Assembly (NCBI GenBank): GCA_047495785.1
Contig: JBLDXI010000029.1
Span: 3,844,001 to 3,908,000, forward strand
Source: Lepidodermella squamata
Taxonomy: Eukaryota > Animalia > Gastrotricha
DNA length: 64,000 nucleotides
Direction of reading: 5' to 3'
Shown here: positions 23,847-37,421 of the stretch, in pieces
Numbering within the stretch: position 1 is the stretch's first letter
Layout of the letters: each line of letters opens with the position of its first letter
Position numbers and translations under genes: made by a program
Notes under the pieces: generated by a model
Seen by the model: the letters and a program-made list of their open reading frames with translations, nothing else
Database searches by the model: none
What the model was told of the DNA's origin: nothing

Positions 23847-26800
23847 AAACTTTATTGGTTTCCAAAGCATCAGATGTCAGAAAAATATGACGATGCTTTC
23901 AGAATTGCAATTCCCCAGCTTTACACATTACCGACTGAAATAACTCATCTGATAAATAAAAAAGTTTTTTTTGAGTTCAACGTTAACTGGATTAGAAGGG
24001 CGTGAAGGCCTCAACCGTTCTGCAACACCTGAGGTGCGATTTCAAACAACACGCTCAACCTTTCATTATTCTTGACTGTGATCAGGTTTTTGGGCATGCC
24101 CGCACTATACGAGCGTGATATCTGCTCATTCAGGAATACCCGGTCCGTTTTTGCTAATAGGGACAACCCGTTATAGATGTAGGTGAATCAAGGCCGGCAG
24201 ATTCAATTATATGTGGTCAAGGGTCAAGGGACCCAACAGTTGCGCGTATGGGTGGATGTGAGCTACTCCAAAATTGCCAACATTCGATGGTAGTGACACC
24301 AAAAATGCGTCTCATGGTTTAATCCAACAAAAGAGCGCAGCCTACCGAAATGAGTCGGGTTAAAAGCGTTTGTTAATATTATCTATCCATTTCACTTACG
24401 TCATATAATTAACAAAAAACATCAGTGAAGTAAAAAGACGAGAAATTAAACAAACAATTCAAGTCGAAGGGCGAAAATGAAGTGGCGAAAAATGGTAAGT
24501 TCAAGCTATGTGATTCATAGGAGCTTCTTTGTTAGCTCTTTGAGACGAATGGCTGACGAGATTTTTTACTTCGCCGCCAAAACACGCCACAGTTTTTCCC
24601 ATTTTTTAATGCGAGGACCGGGGCATTTAGTCAGGGGTCAAATCGTAGCGAATACTAGAATAGTAGAGAAGAATTCCGCAATTTTTGACAATTTCGGTTG
24701 CAAATATCCGACATAGCCGGTCGAATTTGTTGCCATTTAATCAGCGGATGTACCTGAAATTAAATGAGAATATATATCAATTACTAGCTACAAAATCAGA
24801 GATCGGGTTAATTCGATTCTTAGCTTGTAAGCTTTTCTTAATAATCCGAGAAATTTCCAAAAAATTATAATAAATTTTAGAATTATGAATTTAAATATTT
24901 GAGGAATTTTTCCCATGAAAACGAGCGATATCAGCACATTTCGAAATTTTGAAACGATAAGACCTGGTTTTTTTCGTAAGATGTAAACTTCTGCTTTCTT
25001 CAGTTACCTAAAAGCGTGATTTTTTCCCGCGACCTCGAACGGCTAGTAGCCCATGTTTCCGTGCAGCTTCGGTACAGCGCACCGACATGCACTAGGCGCT
25101 GTTTACGAGTTGCGTCATGCAAAGTGACAATCTCCAGTAAACATTGCTTTCCGCAGTATGACGTCTGGGACCAATAAGCTACGGCTAGTACTGAACGCTA
25201 GTACCGCTCCGGCTACCTAGGTTACAATAGTAATTATCTGAAATAATCAATATTTAAAATCAAGTAGCATATATATGGCGAGAAAGCAACACATCTACTT
25301 CTTCTTCAAGCCCCATAGGGCACATCCAATGCCAGCAAAAGTTTGTTATTTTTGCGAGTTTTCTGAGCTGCGAACTGGTGTGATGGTGGGCCAGATGAAC
25401 TGCCATCGGCCCATTCATCTGGCTGTCGTTTAAGGCAGAGAGCGAAGCCCTACCATTACATCGTTACATCGGCCCATACGGTGAGGTCGGTCAAGGACCA
25501 CAGGGGATTTCGCCGTCCTACTTCGCTCTTTGTTTTAATCCTTTCATGGCCGATTTTGTAACCCGCTTCTCTCTATCCATCACCGTAAAGGCTGTTCAAA
25601 AAGTGATCGAAATCGCCCTATTGGCCCAGCTGATTTCAGCACATTTTTCAAACACCCTAGTTTCAGCATCAGATGCTCTCATAATTGAATTTTCATGTTC
25701 TAAGCCTCTCCTTCAACACTCCTTGACAATCTCCCTTTTTTATTTCGAGGAACAAATTAGTTGAAACCAGTTTTCAAAGTCAGCATTTTTATCAGTTTTC
25801 AGCCAAGTCAGCTTTTTCACACACTATGGCGGACACGATATCATTTTTAGTTTTATCAATAAAAGATGAGAAACCACCGTAATTTCGAAATTTCAATCTC
25901 AGGTAGACTATTTTAAAACAGCTACAATGTGCTGACCATGCCAAATAACGGCGCGTTCGTTTGAAATTCTTATAGTTAACATCGAAAAGTCGTATTCCTT
26001 AAACGGGTGATGAACAATTCATCAAATTAAAATTACTGCAGATTTTCAAAGTCTAAATTCCAAAATCGCCCTTATGTATACGGCCATGAAAGGTTGAAGA
26101 CGATCACAACTTCCACGACCATTAAAATTTGCAAGAATGAGCGTTCTCTTCAAGAATTGCTATTCCGAGTAGGGAAACAAATAATTGAAATCAAATGTGG
26201 AGGCTTAGTTTGAATTTTACGTTGCAAAAAAAATTATGAATGAATTTTAGAAGAATAATTAGGTCAGCTCAAGGCGCAGGATAGCAATTATCAAGATTTT
26301 CAAACCGAATTACTTCTCGGGAGTCGTAAAAATGAATTTCGGTCGCTGTCTTTAGGTGTTAAAGGAAATTACTCGTTTGTTTAGGAAAGATATTTTTCGT
26401 CTACAGAAGTTTTTCCAAGGTTAAGATTTTGTACAGTTTGTAAAGAAAAATTCGAAAAATTGTTTTTAAAAAATATGGTATCGGCGTTCTATGAAATAAT
26501 GTTGTTTGCAAACTGTTGATAAGCCGTTACTTAATGGCAAAAAAAAACTGTGATATACATCTCATTTGTCATTTTTTACTGCTCCGTGAATCTGTAATAA
26601 TATATATGTTCGCTCACACACCGTAGAATGCGTGTTTTTTACTTAAGAAGGCATAAAAAATAACAGAAAATGCGCCGGCCGGGCGGTGGAATGATGTGGA
26701 AAGATATTCGGGCGTGATGATGATACAGGTGTGAGGCGTACATACAACAACTTATATGACTGGCGAGCATGCACCGAGGCAGTTGAACTCTTCGTGCAAG

Positions 26801-26924
26801 AATGTCATAATGCCGCTACTATAAAATTGCTTTATTTGCTGTAGTACGACAGTCTTGCTTTTTACACGCCGAAGATTTATTTCTTCAACATTTTACGTTT
26901 TCGACTTTTCTTTAGCCAAGCAAC

Positions 26925-28130
26925 ATGCAATCGAGCATTATTCTGGTGAGATTTTTCTGAATGATTCAAATACTTTTTAAATGTTCTACCTGAAATTTAG
27001 ATACTGTCCCTTGTATCGGGAGCACTGGGACAAAAGCTGTTCTCAAGTAAGTCTTTCCCCGATGCGTAACAGAGTTTCGTTAATGTAATTTGTTAATTGA
27101 TACTAGATTGCACGGATAATTCTGCGAAATGTCCACAAAATCAACGATGCGAACCCTTCACGACTTTTGTAAGCACGCTTATTATCTATCTACTCTATTT
27201 ACACATTCTCAATCCAAACTGTAGGACCCACCATGCAAGACGAAGGCTTGCGTTTGTAACGATTGCGCTCGAGGGTACATGGCCGATGATTGTGTCCAGG
27301 GTATATTTTTCTTATTTCTCTAGAAAATCCCGCAGATTTTATCATTTCTTTCATCTCAGCAACCTACGTCAATTCCTTGAACGCAGCCTGCAATATGCCT
27401 GGCGGTATTTTAACCATACCCGGTTCGTTCTGTGATATTAAGGGGAACCAAGCTCTGTGCCTCACTAGCCCTAAGGCGAATGGTTGCGAAACTACTACAC
27501 AGTGCTCATCTAACGAAGATTGTGGAGCCACCCGAAAATGCGACAATAAAGTGTGCGTTTGCTTTGAGGCTTATCAGGCTTACGACTACAACACCGGCCT
27601 GTGCGCCGCACGGCAAATCGGTGATTCATGCTCGAATGACGCTGACTGCGCTATTACGCGTGGTAGTCCGAACTATTTGGTCTGCCGTAGTGGAAAATGC
27701 GCCTGTGATACGGCCGTTAGTAATGAAACCGAGTACCGTGAATACAACGACGACTGGAACAGCTTCGACACCAAGCGAGCTTGCTTCGGCAAGAATGCCG
27801 CGCTTAACCTGAAACAGGGTGAAAGATGCGACCAAAAACCGAGCAATGATAACTACCTAGCGCCTAAGGTTTGCGAGAAGTCACTGGTATGCTTTGCTTG
27901 CATGGAGGATAGCGGACTGTGCCGTGAGTTTTTGAAACGGAAATGTTTAATATCTGAGAATTGAATTCTTTCGATTCTTTCCAGGCAAGTTCAACGGACC
28001 CACACAGCCCACTGGTAAGTCGGCTGATCAATGCGGGCGCAAAAAGTTCGTCTATTCGGGCCAGCCTCGTTTGTCCTCCGGCTCAGCATCCGTCATAGCT
28101 GCCGTTTTGCTCATTGCTTCTGCTTTTTGA
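26925..28130 (+). CDS. Gene E: single-module Cys-rich GPI-anchored protein
   Basis: Six exons with the family phases. Starts MQSSIIL|ILSLVSGALGQ and ends SGSASVIAAVLLIASAF*. Confidence 0.85.
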
Positions 28131-28470
28131 TGATAACTCACTTGATTTGTAGCAATAGCATCCGACGTCAGACTGAATAATGACGATGCTTTCGATATTG
28201 CAACGCCTAGCTTTACACATTTCCAATTGAAAAAACTCATTCATGTATTACCGGTAATATGTAAACATTCGAATATTCGTCATATAAAGTGAAATGCTAC
28301 GATTAATTTGCCACCCGCCCTCAATTACGAAATATAGTTTCTTGATCTTAGTTGAGGATACAGGATGAGGTTACTTTCGACCAGCAGTCTGGGCTACGTC
28401 ATAAGACGAAGAGCTGTTTAATAACTTCAAATACTTCAAACATGAATCTAAAAAAGTCGCTAAAGAACTT

Positions 28471-28597
28471 TTTGGCTATTCGTTATTCCTAAATATTTTC
28501 GGCTTTCAACTGAATTGTAATTCAGGTTAGGATTAGGGTTAGGAATAGTTAGGCTAAGGTTGGGTTTGAGATTTGAGAATATTTACGAATAGCCAAA
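28471..28597. repeat. 127-bp element with 13-bp TIRs and internal degenerate TTAGG repeats
   Basis: TTTGGCTATTCGT ... ACGAATAGCCAAA flank AGGTTAGGATTAGGGTTAGGAATAGTTAGGCTAAGG. Confidence 0.6.
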
Positions 28598-28617
28598 TAG
28601 TTGAACAACATAACTAT

Positions 28618-28740
28618 GTCAGTGCGATAAGAGGATACCTAATACTAATCAATCAATGCTTCTCTTACATATTGCATTGAACGTCCTTTGAATAATCGCT
28701 TAGCCGTAACATATGGTTCCATATCGGAACCAATTGGGAC
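28618..28740 (+). pseudogene. Relic of a gene-G-like exon 4/intron/exon 5 junction
   Basis: TGCGATAAGAGGATAC...TAATCGCTTAGCCGTAAC...CATATCGGAACCAATTGGGA matches ~33860-33977, with indels and lost splice sites. Confidence 0.65.
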
Positions 28741-28749
28741 ATTGGACAT

Positions 28750-29930
28750 GCGATGACTTCGCTTTCCGAGACTAAAAAATATCATCTTCCGCTTGGCCGC
28801 ACGGGCCTGATGCACGCGGTGGGCGACACGAACTGGAATGTCAAATGTCAGCCGCCGAGTGATGTTCACGAAAAGCATATTGATTGTCCGGGAGGAGATG
28901 GTGAGGCTCCAACTACTGGGCTATTCAACGCGCGATAGCAGCGGTAGCAGAGGACGCTGCGACGACGAGAACGCGGCTTCCCCGACTTATGCACGGCCAC
29001 GGCATCTGCCTCCTTCCAATCCCGCAGTGTGTATTGGCTGCCGAGCATATGCTGTAGAGCAGACGAATGTGAATCTGTAGAGGCACACCTCCCCACTTAT
29101 AAAAGACGTTGCCGACACCGTTGAGTCCAGGGGCTCTGAAAGGCTTCAGGTTATCAATTGCGCTAGCATGCGCTGGCGGACACTGAATTCCTGCGGACCT
29201 GCGGGCTTCGACGAGAGCAGCGTTGATTGCACGGCGGTACTCGGTGAAGCGAAGGATCGGTTCGCAAGCTGAGGGAGTCGGATCGCACCGAGAAGGTACG
29301 CTGGTAGTCCTTACGATCAGCCCGGGAGAATTCGAACCGAGGGGTGGGTTCACGACTGGGCAGGACGCGCTTAACGCCAAGCAGCGGCATCTCAAAGAGT
29401 GTAGAATTTCTGAAGTGATCACTCTCCAGCCGATTGCCGATGGTAATAGATCCACTGAGCAGCTGACGGACAGCTACCACCCAGACATCGAGTGTCGACA
29501 AGCTATTCCAGTGTGCGGATTCCAGAAATCTTTTGTACGGCACAGAGAGGAGCATTCAAATCACCCGCAAAAACACAGGGTAGTCGATAGTCGATGGAGG
29601 GCGGCATCGGGAGGGAAGCTCAGATCCAGAGAAAGAGGGCGGGCAGTAGCCGGTAACAATCCGCAGGAGAGCAGCACGAAGATCGGGGATAACATTTAGA
29701 CAGATCCACTCACTGCGCTTGCGGCCAGCCATCGCCAGAAAGGCCAGCCATCGCTAGAAAGGCGGCACCCCAACAGGACACAGGACCCATTATAAAGTAA
29801 TCCACCCGGCGCCTGCTCTCTATCACACCGAAAGACTGCATAACCATGAATGAATGAATGAATGAATGAATGAATGAATGAATGGCGAGAAAGGACTTTG
29901 CCGTGAGCTATTAAGGTGGACAATTTTTTG
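28750..29930 (-). mobile_element. Degenerate non-LTR retrotransposon fragment (APE endonuclease to start of RT; Jockey/CR1-like)
   Basis: Minus-strand peptides GYAVFRCDR..GG, TLDVWV...SDHF, FEFSRADR and IDNLKPFRAPGLNGVGN occur in the expected order, with frameshifts. Boundaries are approximate. Confidence 0.65.
29846..29884. repeat. (ATGA)n microsatellite, ~9.75 units
   Basis: Read directly from the sequence. Confidence 0.95.
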
Positions 29931-29959
29931 AATAAATTAATATTGACCTCGACAGAGAA

Positions 29960-30128
29960 GTCCAATGGACCTTCGGCTGATCAATGCGGACGCCAGAAGT
30001 TTGCCTATTCGGGTCCGAAGCCGTTGGAAAGTACCCCGATATAGACCATTGACAGTAAGAACGGCGCGCCTTCAGGCATCTCCTCAGACTCAGTCCTAGC
30101 AGCGGTCTTGCTCATTGTTTCACCTTAA
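29960..30128 (+). pseudogene. Orphan terminal (GPI) exon of the Cys-rich family with a premature stop
   Basis: Translates NGPSADQCGRQKFAYSGPKPLESTPI*TIDSKNG...VLAAVLLIVSP*. A LINE relic lies where the upstream exons would be. Confidence 0.8.
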
Positions 30129-30740
30129 CATTACTTGAACGTAATGATATTAGTGATATCATCTGATTTCGTAAATTATGTCGTCGTCACAAAATGGAAG
30201 ATGGCTAAGAAACAAGTACTAAGGATTGAGAGAGGCAGACTTAACACATTTCCTCAAGAGTAGCAAGAAGATTCTCGTAAATAAGTATAACAGCAAGACA
30301 AACCAGTCAGCCTTCTGTGTTGAATTGAATATGTATACCTGATAGCGAAACGCTGCCCGGCTTAAGGTCGCTCTATTGAAGATTATACGACGTCAATTTT
30401 ACAGCTCGGTGATTACGCAAAGTAAAAAATGTGTTCTATCTCTCGTGCTCTAGTCTCTAAAGTTCTGAACCGCAAAAAATGCGGCCGTCCGCGCGTTTGT
30501 TGTGATAGAAAGAAATTCGGGCTTGATGGTGATGCCAGTGTGAGACGAACATTAAACTATACCCGGTGAGCGTGCACTGAGGCAATTCTACTGTATAAGC
30601 GCAAGAAGCAAGAATTTCATAGTAATGATAATGTACCTTACCGTCGTTCAACGCTGTAATCTATTCTCTAACACTTTTTAAACGCCAGATAGATATTTTT
30701 TCTATACTACAATTTTCTCTTTTATTTAACTTTAAGCAAC

Positions 30741-31976
30741 ATGTTAGCGAGCGTAATTCTGGTAGGATTTTGAAAAATATCAATTTCTCTGAAATTTCCC
30801 CCGGAAAATTAGCCGTTGTTTATTGCATCGAGCGCGCTGGGGCAACGCCTGTCCACAAGTAAATCAAATGTTACACTGCTAAGCTTAGTTTTAATCTGTT
30901 TTCGATCTCTAGATTGCACGGATGCCTCAGTGAAATGCCCACAAAATCAAAGATGCGAATCATTCTCGACTTTTGTCTGTTCAGCCATACAGACAATCTA
31001 TTATTCTATTTAAAATCCCAACTCTAGGACCCACCATGCAAGACTAAGGCTTGCGTTTGTAACGATTGCGCTGTTCGAGGAGAATATGGCGATGATTGTG
31101 TTCCGAGTATTATTTTTCTACATAAAATCGCAAACTTCATTTCATTTCTTTCTTCTCAGCTTCCTATGTCAACTCGATAAACGCAACCTGCACATCTACC
31201 CCTGGCGTTGTTGTAACCATACCCAGCGCGGCCTGTGATACGGAATCGAACAAAACCCGGTGCCTCATGGGCACATTTGGCAATGGCTGCCATCCTGGGG
31301 CATTATGCTCAAATAGTAGTTCGTGTCTTGGCTACAACCATCAATGCGAGAAGAGTTGGTGTAGATGCAAGGAGACGAATGAGTACTTCGACTACAACAT
31401 CGGCAGATGCGGCGAACGACAACTCGACGAAATATGCATGAGTGACAGTGACTGCGCTGTTACGTCCACTCCGAAGAACTACATGGTCTGCCGCAATAAC
31501 AAATGCACCTGTGATACGGCCGTTTCTGTTGAAACCGAGTACCGTGTGTACAGTGCGGAATGGAATAGCTACGATGTCAAGCGTTCCTGTGTGAGCAAGA
31601 AGGCCACCGTTAACCTGAAACAGGGTGAACGATGCGACCCAGTCTTGAACGCTGCCAACTATGAAACGGCTAAGGTTTGCGAGAAATCACTGGTCTGCTT
31701 TGCGTGCATGGAGGACAGCGGACTGTGCCGTGAGTTATTAAGGTGTATTTTTTCAATCTGATTTTTACCAATATTTTTCTAGGCAAGTTCAACGGACCCA
31801 TTGGAAAGTCGGCTGATCAATGCGGTCGTCAAAAATTCGAGTTTTCAACGCCAAAGGCGTTTGGCGATGCCCCAATCAAGACTGCTGCCTCGGCTAAGAG
31901 CGGTGCGACTGTCGTTGTATCCTCGGTCTCGGCGCCTATCACAGCTGCTATCTTGCTTATTGTTTCGGCTTATTAA
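30741..31976 (+). CDS. Gene F: single-module Cys-rich GPI-anchored protein
   Basis: Six exons. Starts MLASVIL|PLFIASSALGQRLST, the exon 3 donor is a weak GTCTGT, and it ends APITAAILLIVSAY*. Confidence 0.8.
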
Positions 31977-32234
31977 AACTCTCTTGATTTCTATAACAAA
32001 AACATCCGACGTCGGAATGAATATGACGATGTTTTATGCAATTCGAGCTTTACAAATTTTAAATTGAAATAACTCATTCATGTATTACCGGTAATTAACA
32101 TCCATTATTCGTCAAATCAAAATAAAGTGAAATATTACAATTTCCCTTGATCTCAATTACATTACTGTGAGTGAGAGAAACTTTCAGAGGGCGTGCGGGT
32201 ATCATCCCTCAGCTCGGCAAGACCGGAAAAGAAA

Positions 32235-32577
32235 ATCATTGTGGAACCACTCAAAAGTCCAATCCTGACGCGCACGCCTATTAGTCAATCGATCGTTGCT
32301 ATGACTCCCGGATGAAACGTTCAGTCGCGCGATCCATAACATTTTTTGCAACAAGTGTTTTTTGCCGCAGTAGTTTGCCACGACTAATATGGAGTTTACG
32401 TTCGTGGTCAATGGAAACCGTGCAGAGGGTGTGGCAGGGTCATTTTTTACATAAAATAAAAAATAATTTATCAGTGGATCGCACGACGGAAATGTTTCAT
32501 CCCGGAGTCATAGCAACGATCAATCGACCAATCAGCGTGCGCGCCAAAGTTCAACTTTTTAGTGGTTCCATAATGAT
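32235..32577. mobile_element. Foldback MITE with ~100-bp imperfect TIRs, nested in a hAT-like MITE
   Basis: ATCATTGTGGAACCACT...GATCGTTGCTATGACTCCCGGATGAAAC versus GTTTCATCCCGGAGTCATAGCAACGATC...AGTGGTTCCATAATGAT. The flanks match the 1140-1379 family. Confidence 0.75.
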
Positions 32578-32909
32578 GACAATTTTGAGAGGTTTTGGAG
32601 CGTTTCCCAGTCGAAAATCTTCACAATTTACTCGCTTCGCTCGTTTTTTGGTTGAAATGACTAGTCATTTAGGAAAATACAGGAGAACAAGGAAAAAACC
32701 AATGAATTCACGCTTATTTTCGCTAACATTAGGGAGCTCCTCGAAATTTATACCCTATGCGTATCTTTTTTCATGCTTTATTTAAAAAGGCATCAAACTC
32801 ATGCAAGTTTTTTTATGCCCTATGAATTTATGGGATTTGAATTTTTTGAATTTATGAATGCGCATGTGCATATATTTAAATTAGGGAAGAAATGAAACAT
32901 CAGAAATCA

Positions 32910-32980
32910 GGATCCCTCGGGAGGGAACCATGGTTGCCGTTTTTACAGCCGGGGATTCTAACCGCTTTACTACCAAGGCT
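32910..32980 (-). pseudogene. Possible degenerate tRNA-derived sequence or SINE head
   Basis: Minus strand GCCTTGGTAGTAAAGCGGTTAGAATCCCCGGCTGTAA...GGTTCCCTCCC resembles the A and B boxes of tRNA-Asp-like genes, but the stems are broken. Confidence 0.3.
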
Positions 32981-33505
32981 GTGTTGCAAGATAAGGCGTA
33001 TAATCATCGCCTTTCTCAATTCAAATCCTCCAAAATTTAATGTACAGGGCCAAATCTCCAAAACCGAAAATTAATGACCACCGAACATTAGTAGATATAC
33101 AGTATATAGCCCAGTTCCTTAGCTAGAATATGAGCCGTTAAACAGCGAATCAAATAAGTTTTTTCTTATCTTTCAAGTTTGCGCATCTATGAAGATAAAT
33201 TTTTTAAATCTAGGAGTCGCAACCTCCAAGCGTTAGAGTGATTTCCTATTTCCTATTCAGCAGGATTGAATATGGTTTTTCAGATGTGTTGACTAGAAAG
33301 AAATTCGGGCATATGAAAAAACAGCGAATAAGCTATTCAAACTCCGGCATTTTTTCACCTCGTATACGTATAAAGTACGATAGTGCAAAGCCATTCATTA
33401 CATCTACACTAGCGTGTATTTGTAATAATATATAGTTTCTTAAAAACATGTGAACCTGCACATACCTTATTACACAACATCATGGCTATAAATCCCGCTG
33501 GCAAA

Positions 33506-34752
33506 ATGTGCATTCGATTATACCTGGTCAGTGAACCACATATCATATTTGTAAATTCTGATTATTAATGTCAACTTTTTTCTAAAGGTCCTGTATTTTA
33601 TTACTTTTAATTCATCTCTAATTGCTGCTCAGCATTTTTATAGTTCGAGTCTGTTCATTTATGTCGTGACTGAACTTACGAACTAAACTGCCTTTTTCAT
33701 ATCAGATTGCACGGAAGTTGGCTCAAATTGCCCCGAGAATGAATATTGCGAGTCTTTTCAAGCCATGGTAAATATTTCTATTGAGATCTTGCCTATTGGT
33801 CTACTTATTATGGATTAGGACCCACCCTGCTCATCGAAAGCCTGTATGTGCAATGCCTGTGCGAAAAGAGGATACTTATTCGATCAATGCTTAACGAGTA
33901 AGAACTATTGCATCGAATATTCTTTGATTAATCGCTTAACCGTAACCTATAGTGTCATATCGGAACCAATTGGGAGATTCCTGTACCGGCAGTGAGAATG
34001 AGGTTATCACAATCCCACGAGCCGAGTGCGACACGGGGAAGAAGCAAGTCTCATGTACAGTTGGCAAACAAGGCAACGGTTGTAGTTCTGGGTTTAATTG
34101 CGACAAAGGCGGGATGTGTTTAGGCTACAATTCCAAATGCGTCGCAAATCAATGCGTTTGCCAATTCGATCACGAATATTTCGATCCAAATGAAGGCAGC
34201 TGTGTGCCGCGAAAAATCGGCGACTACTGCAATGAATTATCCGACTGCCAGAATGCAGCCTCCTTAACGCCGAATTATCTTGTGTGCTCAGCTATCAACG
34301 GAACTAAAACTTGCAATTGCGACATGGCAAAATCTGTCGAAACTCAAGTGACCACTTTCTCTGAAGATTGGAATGAGCTGGTTACGGGGAACGTTTGCCT
34401 GCCTAATGGGTCGAGAATTAACCTGGGCAAGGGCGAATCTTGCACTATGAACTATGAGCGTTTCATTGGTTCGAACACAATCAAAGTCTGCGCGAAAAAT
34501 TTGGTTTGTTTTCAATGCCCCGAAGAGGCGGATTCTGCTGAAGGCAAATGTCGTGAGTTAACGCATTACGCAATGTAAATATATTTTGAAATTTCTTTAC
34601 TGACAGGCATTTTCCCTCAAAATCTGATCAAATCAGACGAAGCTTGTGGGGCGAAGAGGTTCCTATATTCGAAAGCTGATCGAAATCGTTTCAAGTGCAT
34701 CAGGACAACATCTTTGCTGTTTTTCATTTTAGTATTAGCTTTCCTTTCATAG
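33506..34752 (+). CDS. Gene G: divergent single-module member of the Cys-rich family
   Basis: Same exon pattern (NCTEVGSNC.., DPPCSSKAC.., large exon ending GKC|R, last exon SDEACGAKRFLYS...LLFFILVLAFLS*). The exon 1 and 2 donors are weak, so the start is less certain. Confidence 0.75.
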
Positions 34753-36175
34753 ATAATCGCTACAATTTTCAAATAAAATGACTCGTTTATATTTTGGATT
34801 AAATTCAATAATCGATAACAACTTAAGCAATCAGAACTTAATTGAGAAGCAACCCAGAGATTCACTAATTTTTTAAAAGCTGAGATCCAATTTCGGATGA
34901 TAATTTAATTTGGTTATCAATTAGATCTACGATTCTTTACACCCATTTGATCTTTCATCAGACCTAAAACCTAACACCTTTTCTGTAACAATGTTGTCAC
35001 TTTCATAAACGCTCGAAACTCGAATCAACCCAAGTTTCACAGCAGTGATGAGAAATCGGGATCAACTTTTTTCATATATCCTTCTCGACTTCATCCATGT
35101 TAATTTTCCGCAGCTTTGACGATGGAAACATGAGAAGAATATCGTTTTGATTTTTCAACGCAGCAACGCAGCAGCAGCGTCCAACTTCGGCTTTTATGTC
35201 GCTATAAAATATAAAATATAAAAGATTTCATGTGAAATAATCAGGGTGCGATCTTGGATCCCGGAGCTGCCAGGGATGGAGAATAAATTGTTTGCTGTAT
35301 ATCTGCCAAAATTGTGAAGATTTCCACCAACCATCAAAACACGCTCCAAAATATACCTCTCAAAATATACGAAACAGAGGGATAAGCTCTCATTTTGTTG
35401 GCCGAGCTGGGTGAGATGATCCCCCCCCCCCCCCCCATTCTTCTGAAAGTCGCACGTCGCTTCCTTCTTTGTCTCAGAAATCCATTCGATATTTAGCGAT
35501 ACAATTTTCCAAGTTTAATCAAATCATTTTGTAAACCTGTCTGTCAATTTGCAGCTCTAAAATTCGAAACGCCGGCTTTGGAAAAGATCAGATAAGCGAC
35601 ACTAAATTGGAGAGATTGAGTTATTTGCACTATTTCCATAGCTTCGATGAGTTCCAATAAATTGACCTTAAATTAATGCATCAACGCATGCCCGCCAGCC
35701 TCCTGTGTCGAAAATTTAAGCCTGATGAGTTAACCATGCCTGGCCTACTGTCGTTCTTTGAAGGATTATATACGTAATAAACACGAACGTGAATTTGTGT
35801 AGTCTATTTGTCAAATTTTACTACTCATTGAATACGCAAAGTAAAAAAATGCATTCTATCACACCTCAACATTCGTGTTCTAGTTATAAAACCGCATAAA
35901 CTGCGGCCGTATACGCGCCATGTTGTGATGGAAAGAAATTCGGGCGTGTTGATGATACTAGTGTGAGGCGAACATCAAACAATACCCGGTGAGCGTGCAC
36001 CGAGGCAATTATACTGCATAAGAGCCAGAATGTCATAGTGATGATAATATAAATTGCCACTGTTCAACGCTATAATCAAATCTATTTGCCGTACCTGTTA
36101 CACTTTTTAAACGCCAACTGAAGATTTATTTATCATTTTCATACAGTTCCCTCTTTCATTTAAAGTATAAGCAAC

Positions 36176-37421
36176 ATGTTAACGAGCCTAATTGTGGTGA
36201 GATATTTTCAAAATTCGCTTAAATTATATATCTTAAGTTCCATTTAAAATCAGACGGTGTGTCTAGCATCGAGCGCATTCGGGCAACGCCTGCTCACAAG
36301 TATAAACCCCAGGTGCAGAGTTTCGTTTTCAGCCTTTTAAATTAATAGATTGCACGGATGCCTCGGTGAAATGCCCTCAAAATGAACGCTGCGAATCCTT
36401 CTCGACTTTCGTAAGAAATTTCGCTAGCCATACAACTATTTAGTTTTATTAAAAAATATTCAGGACCCACCCTGCAAGTCAAAAGCTTGTGTTTGTAACG
36501 ACTGCGCCATTCGAGCTCTTTTCAAGGACAACTGTGTTCCGAGTAGGCTTTCCCTGCCAAATCAGAGAAACAGGCATTTTCTTTGTTATCCCAGCCACCT
36601 ACGTCAACACTCTAAACGCGACATGCGTCGCCGATAGCCCTGGCGTTGTCGTAACCGTACCCCGCGCGTCCTGTTTTTCAGAATCGAACAAAACACAGTG
36701 CATCCTTGATAATCAGGGAAATGGTTGCGAAGCTGGGACACAATGTGGCAAGGGAACCCTGGGCTTTTGCGCTGGTTACAACCGCAAATGCGTACAGGAT
36801 TGGTGCGTTTGCGTGGAGGAGAACGAAGTTTTCGACTACAACGCCGGCGGTTGTGTCGCTCGTCAAATCGGCGATTCGTGCTCGAAAGACTCGGAATGCG
36901 CTATTACGACCGATAAGAAGAACTATTTGGTCTGCCGCAGTGGCAAATGCGCCTGCGATACGGCGGCTGGTGTTGAAACCGAGTACCGTGAATACAATGA
37001 AGATTGGAACAGCTTCGATGTGAAACGTGTTTGTATGAGCAAGAAGGCGACTGTAAATCTGAAACAGGGTGAGAAGTGTGACCCTACCGTGAACAACTGG
37101 AACTTCGAGGCTGCGAGGGTTTGCGAAAAATCTCTGATTTGCTTCGCTTGCATGGAAGATGGCGAGAAAGGACTGTGCCGTGAGTTTTCAAGGCGGATTT
37201 TTTAATCTGAATTTTACCACGAGACTTTTCCAGGCAAGTTCAATGGACCTATTGGTAAGTCGGCTGATCAATGCGGTCGTCAGAAGTTTGTCTATTCGGG
37301 TCCGAAGCCGTTGGAAAGTGCCCCAGTCAAGACCATTGCTGGCAAGAGCGGTGCGACTTCGGCTGTCTCTTCAGCATTAATCCTAGCTGCTGCCTCGCTC
37401 ATTGCTTCAGTTTCCTATTAG
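36176..37421 (+). CDS. Gene H: single-module Cys-rich GPI-anchored protein
   Basis: Six exons. Starts MLTSLIV|TVCLASSAFGQRLLT (donor GTATAA) and ends SAVSSALILAAASLIASVSY*. Confidence 0.82.

Noticed and set aside
802-37421. V(D)J-like or DGR-like somatic rearrangement machinery
   Set aside because: No RSS heptamer/nonamer pairs, template repeat or intact recombinase/RT was seen. Each gene has its own leader exons.
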